DNA from: an uncultured Candidatus Saccharibacteria bacterium
GTDB taxonomy: Bacteria > Patescibacteriota > Minisyncoccia > Minisyncoccales > UBA10102
DNA length: 64,000 nt
Assembly: GCA_964359655.1 (NCBI GenBank)
Contig: CAYHVI010000001.1
Span: 3,164-67,163 of the forward strand
Direction: 5' to 3'
Under the pieces are notes generated by a model, which saw only the letters and a program-made list of their open reading frames with translations, did not search any database and was not told the DNA's origin. The stretch's first letter is position 1; each line of letters begins with the position of its first letter. A program made the position numbers and the translations under genes. Shown here in pieces: positions 1-8,089 of the stretch.

Positions 1-26
1 GGATCCCCACTCCTGAATTCGACTAT

Positions 27-707
27 ATGTTTTCTGTTGAAGACAAAATCAACCCCGAGCTCGAATATCCTCTTATCGTAAAGCCCGCGAACACCGATGA
101 CAGCATTGGAATTACTCAAAAATCAGTAGTAACCAACGAACGGCAACTTTTGGCTCAAGCAAGAGAAATCATCACGGTGTATAAGAGACCGGTGCTTGTG
201 GAAGAATACATTGTGGGTTCAGAGCTTGATATAGGAGTAATTGGAAATCGCGGTAACATTCGCGTGCTCCCTATCGAACGAACTCTTTTCGATAAAGTTC
301 CCAAAGACAAATGGGGCATTTATTCGTATGAAGACAAGTGGGGCAAAGAAGACATCCACAAATACTTCACTATTGAATCGCCTGCGCGCATTCCCAAAAA
401 ACAAATGCAGCTTGCCTCTGAAATCGCCATAGATGTGTTCAACGCCTTAGGTTGCCATGACTATGCGAGAGTTGAAATGCGCATGGACAAAGACAACAAT
501 CTCTATGTCATCGAGTTGAATGCCCACCCAACGCTTGAAGAAGATAGTTATTTTGGAAGGGTAGGAAAAAAACTTGGCCTTTCTTTTGGAGATATGCTCC
601 AAGAAATTATCGAAGCTGCTGCCGAACGCTACACCAATAAACCTCCATTTTACCACCTCCAAGGAAGCATCGAAGTCCCTGCCGACCTCACCCCTCCGGC
701 AAAGTAA
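27..707 (+). CDS. ddl: D-alanine--D-alanine ligase, C-terminal ATP-grasp part (5' truncated by window edge)
   Basis: Translation contains ATP-grasp motifs typical of Ddl (…EYIVGSELDIGV…, …YARVEMRMDKDNNLYVIELNAHP…). The ORF is open to the window start. Confidence 0.75.
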   Translation: MFSVEDKINPELEYPLIVKPANTDDSIGITQKSVVTNERQLLAQAREIITVYKRPVLVEEYIVGSELDIGVIGNRGNIRVLPIERTLFDKVPKDKWGIYSYEDKWGKEDIHKYFTIESPARIPKKQMQLASEIAIDVFNALGCHDYARVEMRMDKDNNLYVIELNAHPTLEEDSYFGRVGKKLGLSFGDMLQEIIEAAAERYTNKPPFYHLQGSIEVPADLTPPAK

Positions 708-782
708 AGAGAGTGCAGGCGTTTTGGGTAGTTTGTTGGGCGACTTCCTAATGTTCTCTTGAGAAGTACGATTGCTCACGTC

Positions 783-833
783 CAAAAAAAATTCGGGGGC
801 AAGAATATGTAAATCTCACCCCCTATTCTACGT
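783..833 (-). terminator. Weak candidate intrinsic terminator between convergent ddl and trpE-like genes
   Basis: GGGGG(795-799)…CCCCC(829-833) form a 5-bp stem with a long loop. An A8 run at 783-791 gives a U-tract on the minus strand. The stem overlaps the trpE-like stop codon. Confidence 0.25.
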
Positions 834-2305
834 TACATCTCAAGAAGAATTCTCTCGAGCTTAAAGCTCATTTCGGCCACGTCTATGGCGCGCATGAGGG
901 CGGAGGCCTTGTGAAGCGTCTCCTGGTACTCGGCGTCGGGCTGGCTGTCGAAGACGATGCCCCCGCCCGCCTGCACGTAGGCCACGCCGTCCTTCATGAC
1001 GAGTGTGCGTATCGTTATTGCAGTGTCCATGTTGCCGAAGAAGTCGAAGTAGCCGACCGCACCCGCGTATGGGCCGCGCTTGTGCGGCTCCATCTCGGCG
1101 ATTATCTCCATGGCACGGATTTTGGGCGCGCCGGACACCGTGCCCGCAGGGAAGCACGCCCTCAGCGCGTCGAAGTTGGTGCAGCCGTCCTTCAGCTTGC
1201 CGGTGACGTGGGAGACGAGGTGCATCACGTGGGAGTAGCGTTCAACGTCCATAAGCTGCGTGACATTGACCGTGCCCGGCTGGCTGACGCGGCCAATGTC
1301 GTTGCGGCCAAGGTCAACCAGCATGATGTGCTCGGCGCGCTCCTTCTCCTCGGTGCGCAGCTCGCGCTCCAACTCCTCATCCTCCTGGGGGGTAGCCCCT
1401 CTGCGGCGCGTACCCGCAATCGGGTGCGCCGCCACGTTGCCGTTCTCGACCTGCACGAGCATCTCAGGGGAAGCGCCCACTATCTGAAAGTCGTCGAGGT
1501 TCAGGTAGTACATATAGGGAGAGGGGTTGACCGTCCGCAGCGCGCGGTATATCTGGAACGGGTGCGCGCTGGTGCGGCGGGCAATCCGCTGGGACACCAC
1601 CGCCTGGATAATGTCTCCTTCATAGACGTACTTCTTGACCCGCCCGACCATGTCTTTGTACTGGTCTTTGCTCATGTTGGACTCCGTGCGAGTGGGCGGA
1701 GCGTAGTCTGACGAGCCGCTTGGCCCAGGCAGGCGCAGGGGTGATTCCAGGCGGCGAACAAGCTCGGCGATGCGCTCGACGGCCTCGTTGTAGGCGCGCG
1801 GCACGTCGCCGTTGAGCCTGGCGTGGCTGACGACGCGAATCCTGTGGCGCAGGTGGTCGAATATCAGGAAGGTGGTGGTCATCATGAACAGCGACTCTGG
1901 AAGTCCAAGCGGGTCTGCCGCTGGCGAAGGAAGGCGCTCGAAGTAGTTGACCGCCTCGTATGACAGGTATCCGACCGCGCCGCCATTGAACCGCTGGAGA
2001 TAGGACACAGGGGCTAGCTTGTGCCTGGATAGCGCGTTCTGAATGGGAATCAGGGGGTCAACCGCGCCGTCCTGCTGACCCGGCCCGGTCTTTATCAGGC
2101 TGTCGGGCTGGGTGCCGAGGAAGCTGTAGCGGGCGATGCGCTCGCCGCCTTCGACGCTTTCGAACAGGAATGAATACGGCGGGCGGGCGATTTTCAGGTA
2201 GGCCGTTACGGGCGTTTCCAGGTCGGCGTTTATCTCGCGGTACACGGGTACTAGGTTATACATACCTTGCATTTTCTTGAATTCCTCAAATGTTGGCTGA
2301 TACAC
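833..2305 (-). CDS. trpE: Anthranilate synthase component I / chorismate-binding enzyme (TrpE/PabB-like), GC-rich
   Basis: 490 aa with an N-terminal …YSFLFESVEGGERIARYSFLG… motif and a C-terminal chorismate-binding core (…GTVSGAPKIRAMEII…, …GGGIVFDS…). Local GC is far above the window average. No trpG/D/C/F/A/B genes are adjacent. Confidence 0.8.
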   Translation of the reverse strand: MYQPTFEEFKKMQGMYNLVPVYREINADLETPVTAYLKIARPPYSFLFESVEGGERIARYSFLGTQPDSLIKTGPGQQDGAVDPLIPIQNALSRHKLAPVSYLQRFNGGAVGYLSYEAVNYFERLPSPAADPLGLPESLFMMTTTFLIFDHLRHRIRVVSHARLNGDVPRAYNEAVERIAELVRRLESPLRLPGPSGSSDYAPPTRTESNMSKDQYKDMVGRVKKYVYEGDIIQAVVSQRIARRTSAHPFQIYRALRTVNPSPYMYYLNLDDFQIVGASPEMLVQVENGNVAAHPIAGTRRRGATPQEDEELERELRTEEKERAEHIMLVDLGRNDIGRVSQPGTVNVTQLMDVERYSHVMHLVSHVTGKLKDGCTNFDALRACFPAGTVSGAPKIRAMEIIAEMEPHKRGPYAGAVGYFDFFGNMDTAITIRTLVMKDGVAYVQAGGGIVFDSQPDAEYQETLHKASALMRAIDVAEMSFKLERILLEM

Positions 2306-2411
2306 TTGTTTCTCCTCTCTTCTGCAAGCAGAGCCAGCACATGCTTGTTTTTTTGATAAAGAACTTATTTGTGCTGGTGCTTAGATTCCCGAGAAATCCA
2401 ATCATCAACAC

Positions 2412-2437
2412 AAATAAAAACCTGGGCAAAGCCCAGG
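2412..2437 (-). terminator. Rho-independent terminator downstream of tatD (minus strand)
   Basis: CCTGGGCaaaGCCCAGG is a perfect 7-bp stem with a 3-nt loop at 2421-2437. It is preceded on the plus strand by an A-run, which gives a U-tract on the minus strand. Confidence 0.6.
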
Positions 2438-2639
2438 AAATCTATGAGTATGTATTAAATTAAAATCCAAAACCGGGCTTTGCGTTTAAGTCTGCAAAAC
2501 CCACCACCAAGCTGTTTTATTTTTTAGTCGTATTGTAGCCATAAAATTATCTCTTACTGAATTCTTTCTTCAATATATATCGTACTAGTACACTATCACT
2601 ACCCAACAAGCTTGTCAATACCTTTCAAGAGCCAGTTAT

Positions 2640-3548
2640 TCACACTCCCCTAAGATTAAACAGAGTTTGCGCATTCTTTGTCGTTGCACAGGCGACTTCT
2701 TTAGAATTCACTTTTTTGATGCGCGCGATTTCTTGGGCAATATACTTTACAAAGATTGGTTCGTTTCGCTCTTTTTCCGCTTGCGCAGGCACTAAATAAG
2801 GCGAATCTGTTTCCAGAACAATGCGATCCAAGGGAATAGATGCGATTACTTCTTCTGGTTTTGGCAATGCAGGAACATTCTTGAAAATCAAACCGTTAAA
2901 CCCAAGATACAAACCAAGACCCATAAACTTTTGCGCCTGCTCTACGGTCCCGGTAAAACAATGTATAACGCCACGCAAGGGTGTAGTTTTTAGTTTATAG
3001 TTTGTAGTTAGTAGTTCAAGTAAGTCTTCGTGGGCAACTCGGCAATGGAGAATAACAGGAAGGTTTAATCCATCTGCCAAATCCATTTGCTTTTGCAAAG
3101 TTTCTTTTTGTTTTTGCTTAATTTCCTCTCGTTTTGCTTTGCTCTTTGGGAAATAATAATAATCGAGTCCGATCTCGCCTATCGCAACCACCTTTTTACT
3201 CTTTGCAAGTTCTTTGTATTTCTCGTAATCAAATTCTTCTGATCGAGTCTCAAATGTCATCCAATTCGCAGAATTGCCCTGAGCTTGTCGAAGGGCTTCC
3301 GAATCTTCGGATTGAACCTCCAGTACATCAACCTTTCGCTGTTCTCCAAGATGAATCGGGTGCAATCCAACTGCGCTATACACCCCCTCTTTATATTGTT
3401 CTGCAATTTCAACTGCGCGCTTGGACGTGGAGTACTGCGAGCCTGGCATTATCACCCAAATATCGTTTTCCAGCACGCGTTTCAGCACTTCATCTGAATC
3501 ATTTTTGAACGCATTAAAATTCAAATGACAATGAGTATCGATCAACAT
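2640..3548 (-). CDS. tatD: TatD-family metal-dependent hydrolase/DNase, with a low-complexity internal insertion
   Basis: MLIDTHCHLNF… N-terminus plus …GLHPIH… and …AIGEIGLDYYY… TatD motifs. I take the start as the internal Met at 3546-3548, to avoid overlap with metG. It carries an extra segment …ELLTTNYKLKTTPLRG… encoded by a GTAGTTTGTAGTT-type repeat. Confidence 0.8.
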   Translation of the reverse strand: MLIDTHCHLNFNAFKNDSDEVLKRVLENDIWVIMPGSQYSTSKRAVEIAEQYKEGVYSAVGLHPIHLGEQRKVDVLEVQSEDSEALRQAQGNSANWMTFETRSEEFDYEKYKELAKSKKVVAIGEIGLDYYYFPKSKAKREEIKQKQKETLQKQMDLADGLNLPVILHCRVAHEDLLELLTTNYKLKTTPLRGVIHCFTGTVEQAQKFMGLGLYLGFNGLIFKNVPALPKPEEVIASIPLDRIVLETDSPYLVPAQAEKERNEPIFVKYIAQEIARIKKVNSKEVACATTKNAQTLFNLRGV

Positions 3549-3552
3549 AAAA

Positions 3553-5043
3553 TTAAGTCTCGATTCGCGGGAAAAGAGGATGGGATTCATTCGATTGAAG
3601 TTGCTGGACAATGTTTTCTGCGGCTTGAGGAAGAAACGGTTCCAAAGCCACAGCTATACGCCAAAGTGCGGTCAAGTTATTAACGATATCTCGATCTCTA
3701 TCTACTGCTGAAGTTTTTGGATCGAACGGCCGATGCGCCTCCGTAGAATCACTAATCCCGCTCACGCTGTAAACGTCCCAGAAACCTTGAGGAACTATAG
3801 AACTTTCTTCAGGAAGTCCTTGCCATATTAGCTCGAGCGCCTTCGCAAACTCAAAATTCTCTAGGTGCCTCCAGAGACCTCGACCTTCCCATTCATTGAT
3901 TACTACCCGACGATCGAGAAGTTCTGGTTTTATTCCATGTCTAATTGCTAATGCCAAAACTCTACTTACTTGATTTCCTAATCCATTTGCTAAATCAGCA
4001 TTATACCTTGTCTTAAACTTCTCGTAGCTAAAGTCGCCGTCTTCTGTGGCAGGAATTTCGCGCAAGAGAAAATAGCGCACCGCGTCCGCGCCGTACTTTG
4101 CGACCAGCTCGCAGGGATCTACAACATTCCCAGTGCTCTTGGACATTTTCTGGCCGTTTACCGTTATATACCCGTGGACGAAAAGTGTTTTGGGTAAAAC
4201 CAAACCCGCAGACAAAAGAAACGCCGGCCAATACACCGCGTGAAAACGGGTGATCCCTTTGCCGATTACGTGAACGTCTGCCGGCCACCACTTTTTGTAT
4301 TTTTCTTCGTCTAAACCAAACCCTACGCCCGACTGATAAATGTTTAAAGCATCGAACCACACATACATTTTTTGGCTGTCATCTCCTGGGACAGAGACGC
4401 CCCAGTTTTTCGCACGCTCATTGGAGCGCGAAATGCTTATATCTTGCAAAGGTTGGCTTAAAAAGGCCAGTACTTCATTTTTCCTTGTGACAGGAAAAAT
4501 CTTTAACTCATCTTGTTCTATTATCTCAAGGAGCTTATCTTGGTATTTGGAAAGTTTGAAAAAATAGTTCTCTTCTGCAACCATCTCAAGTTTGCGTCCC
4601 GGATGCTCAAAACACTCTTTGTTTGCGTCAAGCTCTCCTTCTGTGTAAAATGTTTCACACCCCACGCAATAGAGACCCTCGTATGATTTTTTATAGATAT
4701 CTCCGGCTTTTGCGCACAGCTCCCACAATTTTTGGCTCGCTAGGTGATGGTCTTTGCTGCTTCCTTTCTGAAATACACCAAACTGCACGCCGAGTTTTTC
4801 TGCGAGCTCGGCAAAAAGTTTCGCGTTTTCATCGATAAATTGCTGCACAGGCACTCCTGCTTTTTCTGCTGCCTGCACATTTTTCAAAGCATTTTCATCT
4901 GCGCCAGAAAGCAGCAACATATCCTCTCCTTTCAAACGGTGATAACGCGCCACCACATCTGCCTGAACAAATTCCAATGCATGGCCAATATGGGGCTTTG
5001 CATTCACATAAGGAATCGCCGTTGTAATGTAAAACTTGTTCAC
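3553..5043 (-). CDS. metG: Methionine--tRNA ligase (short form, no C-terminal tRNA-binding extension)
   Basis: Class I aaRS HIGH motif (PHIGHA) near the N-terminus and a KMSKS motif. 496 aa. Confidence 0.9.
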   Translation of the reverse strand: MNKFYITTAIPYVNAKPHIGHALEFVQADVVARYHRLKGEDMLLLSGADENALKNVQAAEKAGVPVQQFIDENAKLFAELAEKLGVQFGVFQKGSSKDHHLASQKLWELCAKAGDIYKKSYEGLYCVGCETFYTEGELDANKECFEHPGRKLEMVAEENYFFKLSKYQDKLLEIIEQDELKIFPVTRKNEVLAFLSQPLQDISISRSNERAKNWGVSVPGDDSQKMYVWFDALNIYQSGVGFGLDEEKYKKWWPADVHVIGKGITRFHAVYWPAFLLSAGLVLPKTLFVHGYITVNGQKMSKSTGNVVDPCELVAKYGADAVRYFLLREIPATEDGDFSYEKFKTRYNADLANGLGNQVSRVLALAIRHGIKPELLDRRVVINEWEGRGLWRHLENFEFAKALELIWQGLPEESSIVPQGFWDVYSVSGISDSTEAHRPFDPKTSAVDRDRDIVNNLTALWRIAVALEPFLPQAAENIVQQLQSNESHPLFPRIET

Positions 5044-5117
5044 AGCTTTATTCTTATCATACTCTCTTTAAGATATAAAGAACTGCCCCGCAACATGCTG
5101 TGCTGCGGGGCAAAGAA

Positions 5118-5336
5118 CTAAGGTGTACACTCGGCAGGAAGGATTTGAATGTCGCCAGGATCTACTCGGCCAATGTATTCCTCCGTACCTCCCTCCTTTC
5201 TTCCCATGAACAAGAAGATGTTCTCTGGTTCTATCAAAGCTACGATATACCCACGGTAAAAGTGACTGTGCAACCAAATGCCAAACGGTCGGCCCTCTTC
5301 GATGGCTCTCAAAACCTTCTGTACTTGTTCCTCCAT
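5118..5336 (-). CDS. Small hypothetical protein (72 aa)
   Basis: ORF only. It lies immediately downstream of the 190-aa ORF in a different frame, so it may be a separate small gene or the 3' part of a frameshifted gene. Confidence 0.3.
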   Translation of the reverse strand: MEEQVQKVLRAIEEGRPFGIWLHSHFYRGYIVALIEPENIFLFMGRKEGGTEEYIGRVDPGDIQILPAECTP

Positions 5337-5357
5337 AAACCCTCCTCTGGAGAAAAC

Positions 5358-5930
5358 TTACTCGGAAACAATTAGCCAACGCCAGTATGGAAAAGCGAAT
5401 ACGAAGTTGGAGCAAACGAAATATGGGTCCCAACCATCATATGAATCTAGGGGCATGAGGTAGGGTACGCGCGCCTCGCCTTCTGGGTCCTTCCATTCAG
5501 AACCTCCGAAAATTATAGGGCGAGGTATCGGGTGAATTCTTTCATCAGGTTTTGGGAATTTTTTTATGAAAGACTTCAGTGCCTGCCCCTCAAGGAGTCG
5601 ATAACCCATCTTGACAACTTTTCTCTCTGCCTCTTTAACAGTTTCGACATACCCAAGGCTTACAAACTTTACTCGGCATATCTTCTTTCCCTCGAACTTT
5701 GGGCCGATATAACTCCATCTGCTTGCCGATCTGAGAATTTCTAACGCTGTGAGGTATTTTGGGTATTTTGAGCCATCAATCTCGTATTGAGGAAGGGTAA
5801 CTATCTCCAAGGGATCGATATCATTGTCCACTTCGAGTTCGAACCAAACCCCATCTGCGGGAATAGCATTTGCTCGATGACCGCTGCCGTTGAATTGATG
5901 AATGCTTGTCACGGGATATCTCCTCCCCAA
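5358..5930 (-). CDS. Hypothetical protein (190 aa)
   Basis: ORF with an upstream GGGGAGGAG RBS-like sequence. I recognise no motif. Confidence 0.4.
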   Translation of the reverse strand: MGRRYPVTSIHQFNGSGHRANAIPADGVWFELEVDNDIDPLEIVTLPQYEIDGSKYPKYLTALEILRSASRWSYIGPKFEGKKICRVKFVSLGYVETVKEAERKVVKMGYRLLEGQALKSFIKKFPKPDERIHPIPRPIIFGGSEWKDPEGEARVPYLMPLDSYDGWDPYFVCSNFVFAFPYWRWLIVSE

Positions 5931-6128
5931 ATAAAATTCCTCTTCCCAATGGAAGAGGTTTCTTGAGATACGAATCTTTTTGGGGGTTGAATACTGTGTT
6001 TATTCACAGCCCAACAAACCTCTTCCATAGCAAAGAGGTCGTTGTAGTTTTTGCAGCTTTATTATTTACAAATTTCCCCATAATAAAGTAGTGTAATTCA
6101 CGTAAACATATCCGTCAAGTCCGTTATT

Positions 6129-8087
6129 TCACACTCTGTTTTTGATGAGGGCATCCACAACTGAAGGGTCGGCCAAAGTGCTTGTATCACCGAGTTCCTC
6201 GAAATTACCTTCTGCTATTTTGCGCAAGATTCTTCTCATAATCTTGCCGGAACGAGTCTTGGGAAGCTGTTCTGCAAACTGAATTTTATCTGGCTGCGCA
6301 ATAGGCCCAATTTCTTTCCTCAACTGCTGCACTAAAGCTTCTACCAAACCTGCAGAGGGTTGATAACCTTGCTTTAACGTAACAAAACAATACATTCCCT
6401 GGCCCTTGATATCGTGAGGAAATCCCACCACTGCTGCCTCTGCCACGCTCTCATGGGCCACCAACGCGCTTTCGATTTCTGCGGTGCCAAACCTGCGGCC
6501 TGCAATATTTAATACGTCGTCTACTCTGCCCAAAAGCCAATAAAATCCGTCTTCGTCTTTTCGGCAGCCGTCTCCGGTAAAGTATTTACCATGAAATGCA
6601 GAAAAATACACGCTTTTCACGAGTTCATTTTTCGGGTCGCCGTATACGCCTCGAATCATTCCTGGCCATGGTTTGGTAATGACTAATTTTCCGCCCTCGT
6701 TAATATCCGCGAGCGTGCCGTCTTCCCGCAAGATTTCAGGAACAACTCCAAAGAATGGAAACGAAGCAGACCCTGGCTTTGTTGGACTAGCTCCTGGAAG
6801 CGGAGTTATCATGATTCCTCCAGTTTCTGTTTGCCACCAGGTATCTACGATGGGACAGCGCTCTTTGCCGATCACGCGATAATACCACATCCATGCTTCA
6901 GGATTGATTGGTTCTCCCACGGTGCCTAAGATCCGAAGACTGGAAAGATCATGCTTATTTGGCCATACTTCTCCCAAACGCATTAACGCGCGTATCGCGG
7001 TAGGCGCTGTATAGAAAATGGTTACTTTGTATTCCTCAATAATTTTCCAAAAGCGATCAGGTTCAGGATACGTTGGTGTGCCCTCAAACATAAATACGGT
7101 AGCTCCATTTGAAAGAGGTCCATACACCACATAGGAATGCCCAGTAATCCATCCGGCATCTGCCGTGCACCAATACACATCTTCGTCTTTCATATCAAAT
7201 ATGTATTTAAAAGTGCAGGTTGCATACAACAAATATCCTCCTGTAGTATGCAAAACGCCTTTTGGTTTACCCGTGCTTCCGCTTGTGTACAAAATGAATA
7301 AAGGATCTTCTGCGTCCATCTCTACGGGTTCGTGTATATCAGAAATGTCAGACGCTTCCATTTCTTCTATCCACCAAAAGTCACGTCCCGGCTTCATGTC
7401 GCAACTGGTATTCCCCCGGTTGTACACGATTACTTTTTCTACTTTTAGACATCCTTGGAGCGCCTCATCCACTTTCTTTTTGAGCTCAATCATTTTGCCT
7501 GCATGAAACCCCACGTCTGCAGTAACAACAACTTGCGACTTGCAATCCAATATTCTGTTCTTTAACGCTTCTGCTGAAAATGCAGAGAACACTACCGAGT
7601 GAATAGCTCCAATGCGGCTGCAGGCAAGCATGGCAATGGGAAGCTGTAGAATCATGGGAAGGAAAATGGTAACGATCGTACCCTTTTTCACTCCATGCTT
7701 TTCTAACACATTGGCTAACTTACACACCTGTTCATGCAGTTGTTGATACGTGAGCGTGCGCTTTTCTTTTTCATCCTCTCCCTGCCAAATGATCGCAGCC
7801 TTGTTTTTCCTCCAGGTAGCAAGGTGTCTGTCCAAACAGTTGAATGACACGTTTATCTTGCCTCCTTCAAAGAATTTAAGATAAGGCTGTTCTTGCTCTC
7901 CTATGCGAGAGAAATCATATTCCATAACCCGATCCCATTTTTTAAACCACGAAAGATGTTGTTCTGCCTGTTGCGCCCAAAATCCTTCGGGATTCTCAAC
8001 CGACTCTTTATACAGCCTTTGATACTCTTCCATATTTGGAATATGAGCCTTCTCGCTCAACTCTTTGGGAGGGTAAAAGATAGCCAT
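6129..8087 (-). CDS. acs: Acetyl-CoA synthetase (AMP-forming)
   Basis: 652 aa with an N-terminus typical of Acs (…PEGFWAQQA…), the AMP-binding motif [11 protein letters not shown], …TGDG… and …WQTETGG…. Confidence 0.92.
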   Translation of the reverse strand: MAIFYPPKELSEKAHIPNMEEYQRLYKESVENPEGFWAQQAEQHLSWFKKWDRVMEYDFSRIGEQEQPYLKFFEGGKINVSFNCLDRHLATWRKNKAAIIWQGEDEKEKRTLTYQQLHEQVCKLANVLEKHGVKKGTIVTIFLPMILQLPIAMLACSRIGAIHSVVFSAFSAEALKNRILDCKSQVVVTADVGFHAGKMIELKKKVDEALQGCLKVEKVIVYNRGNTSCDMKPGRDFWWIEEMEASDISDIHEPVEMDAEDPLFILYTSGSTGKPKGVLHTTGGYLLYATCTFKYIFDMKDEDVYWCTADAGWITGHSYVVYGPLSNGATVFMFEGTPTYPEPDRFWKIIEEYKVTIFYTAPTAIRALMRLGEVWPNKHDLSSLRILGTVGEPINPEAWMWYYRVIGKERCPIVDTWWQTETGGIMITPLPGASPTKPGSASFPFFGVVPEILREDGTLADINEGGKLVITKPWPGMIRGVYGDPKNELVKSVYFSAFHGKYFTGDGCRKDEDGFYWLLGRVDDVLNIAGRRFGTAEIESALVAHESVAEAAVVGFPHDIKGQGMYCFVTLKQGYQPSAGLVEALVQQLRKEIGPIAQPDKIQFAEQLPKTRSGKIMRRILRKIAEGNFEELGDTSTLADPSVVDALIKNRV

Positions 8088-8089
8088 GG

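Noticed and set aside
1-6. GGATCC at the very first bases of the window (a possible cloning or restriction boundary).
   Set aside because: This is a single hexamer that also occurs several more times in the window (for example at 15237, 21017, 28660, 33848, 37684), consistent with chance occurrence. The window boundary cuts through ddl, so it is simply a sequence edge.
861-1711. Several long Arg/Ala-rich ORFs (861-1157 minus, 911-1711 plus, 1003-1206 plus, 1225-1419 minus, 1260-1487 plus) overlap the trpE-like gene.
   Set aside because: These are artefacts of the very GC-rich trpE-like coding region, where stop codons are rare in all frames. They have Arg-rich, low-complexity translations and no independent start or RBS context.
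2325-2360. The hairpin CAAGCA…TGCTTG followed by T7 as a plus-strand terminator upstream of trpE.
   Set aside because: No plus-strand gene ends here. Both neighbours are on the minus strand, for which this reads as an A-run then hairpin. It is more likely part of the trpE-like promoter/leader or a relic.
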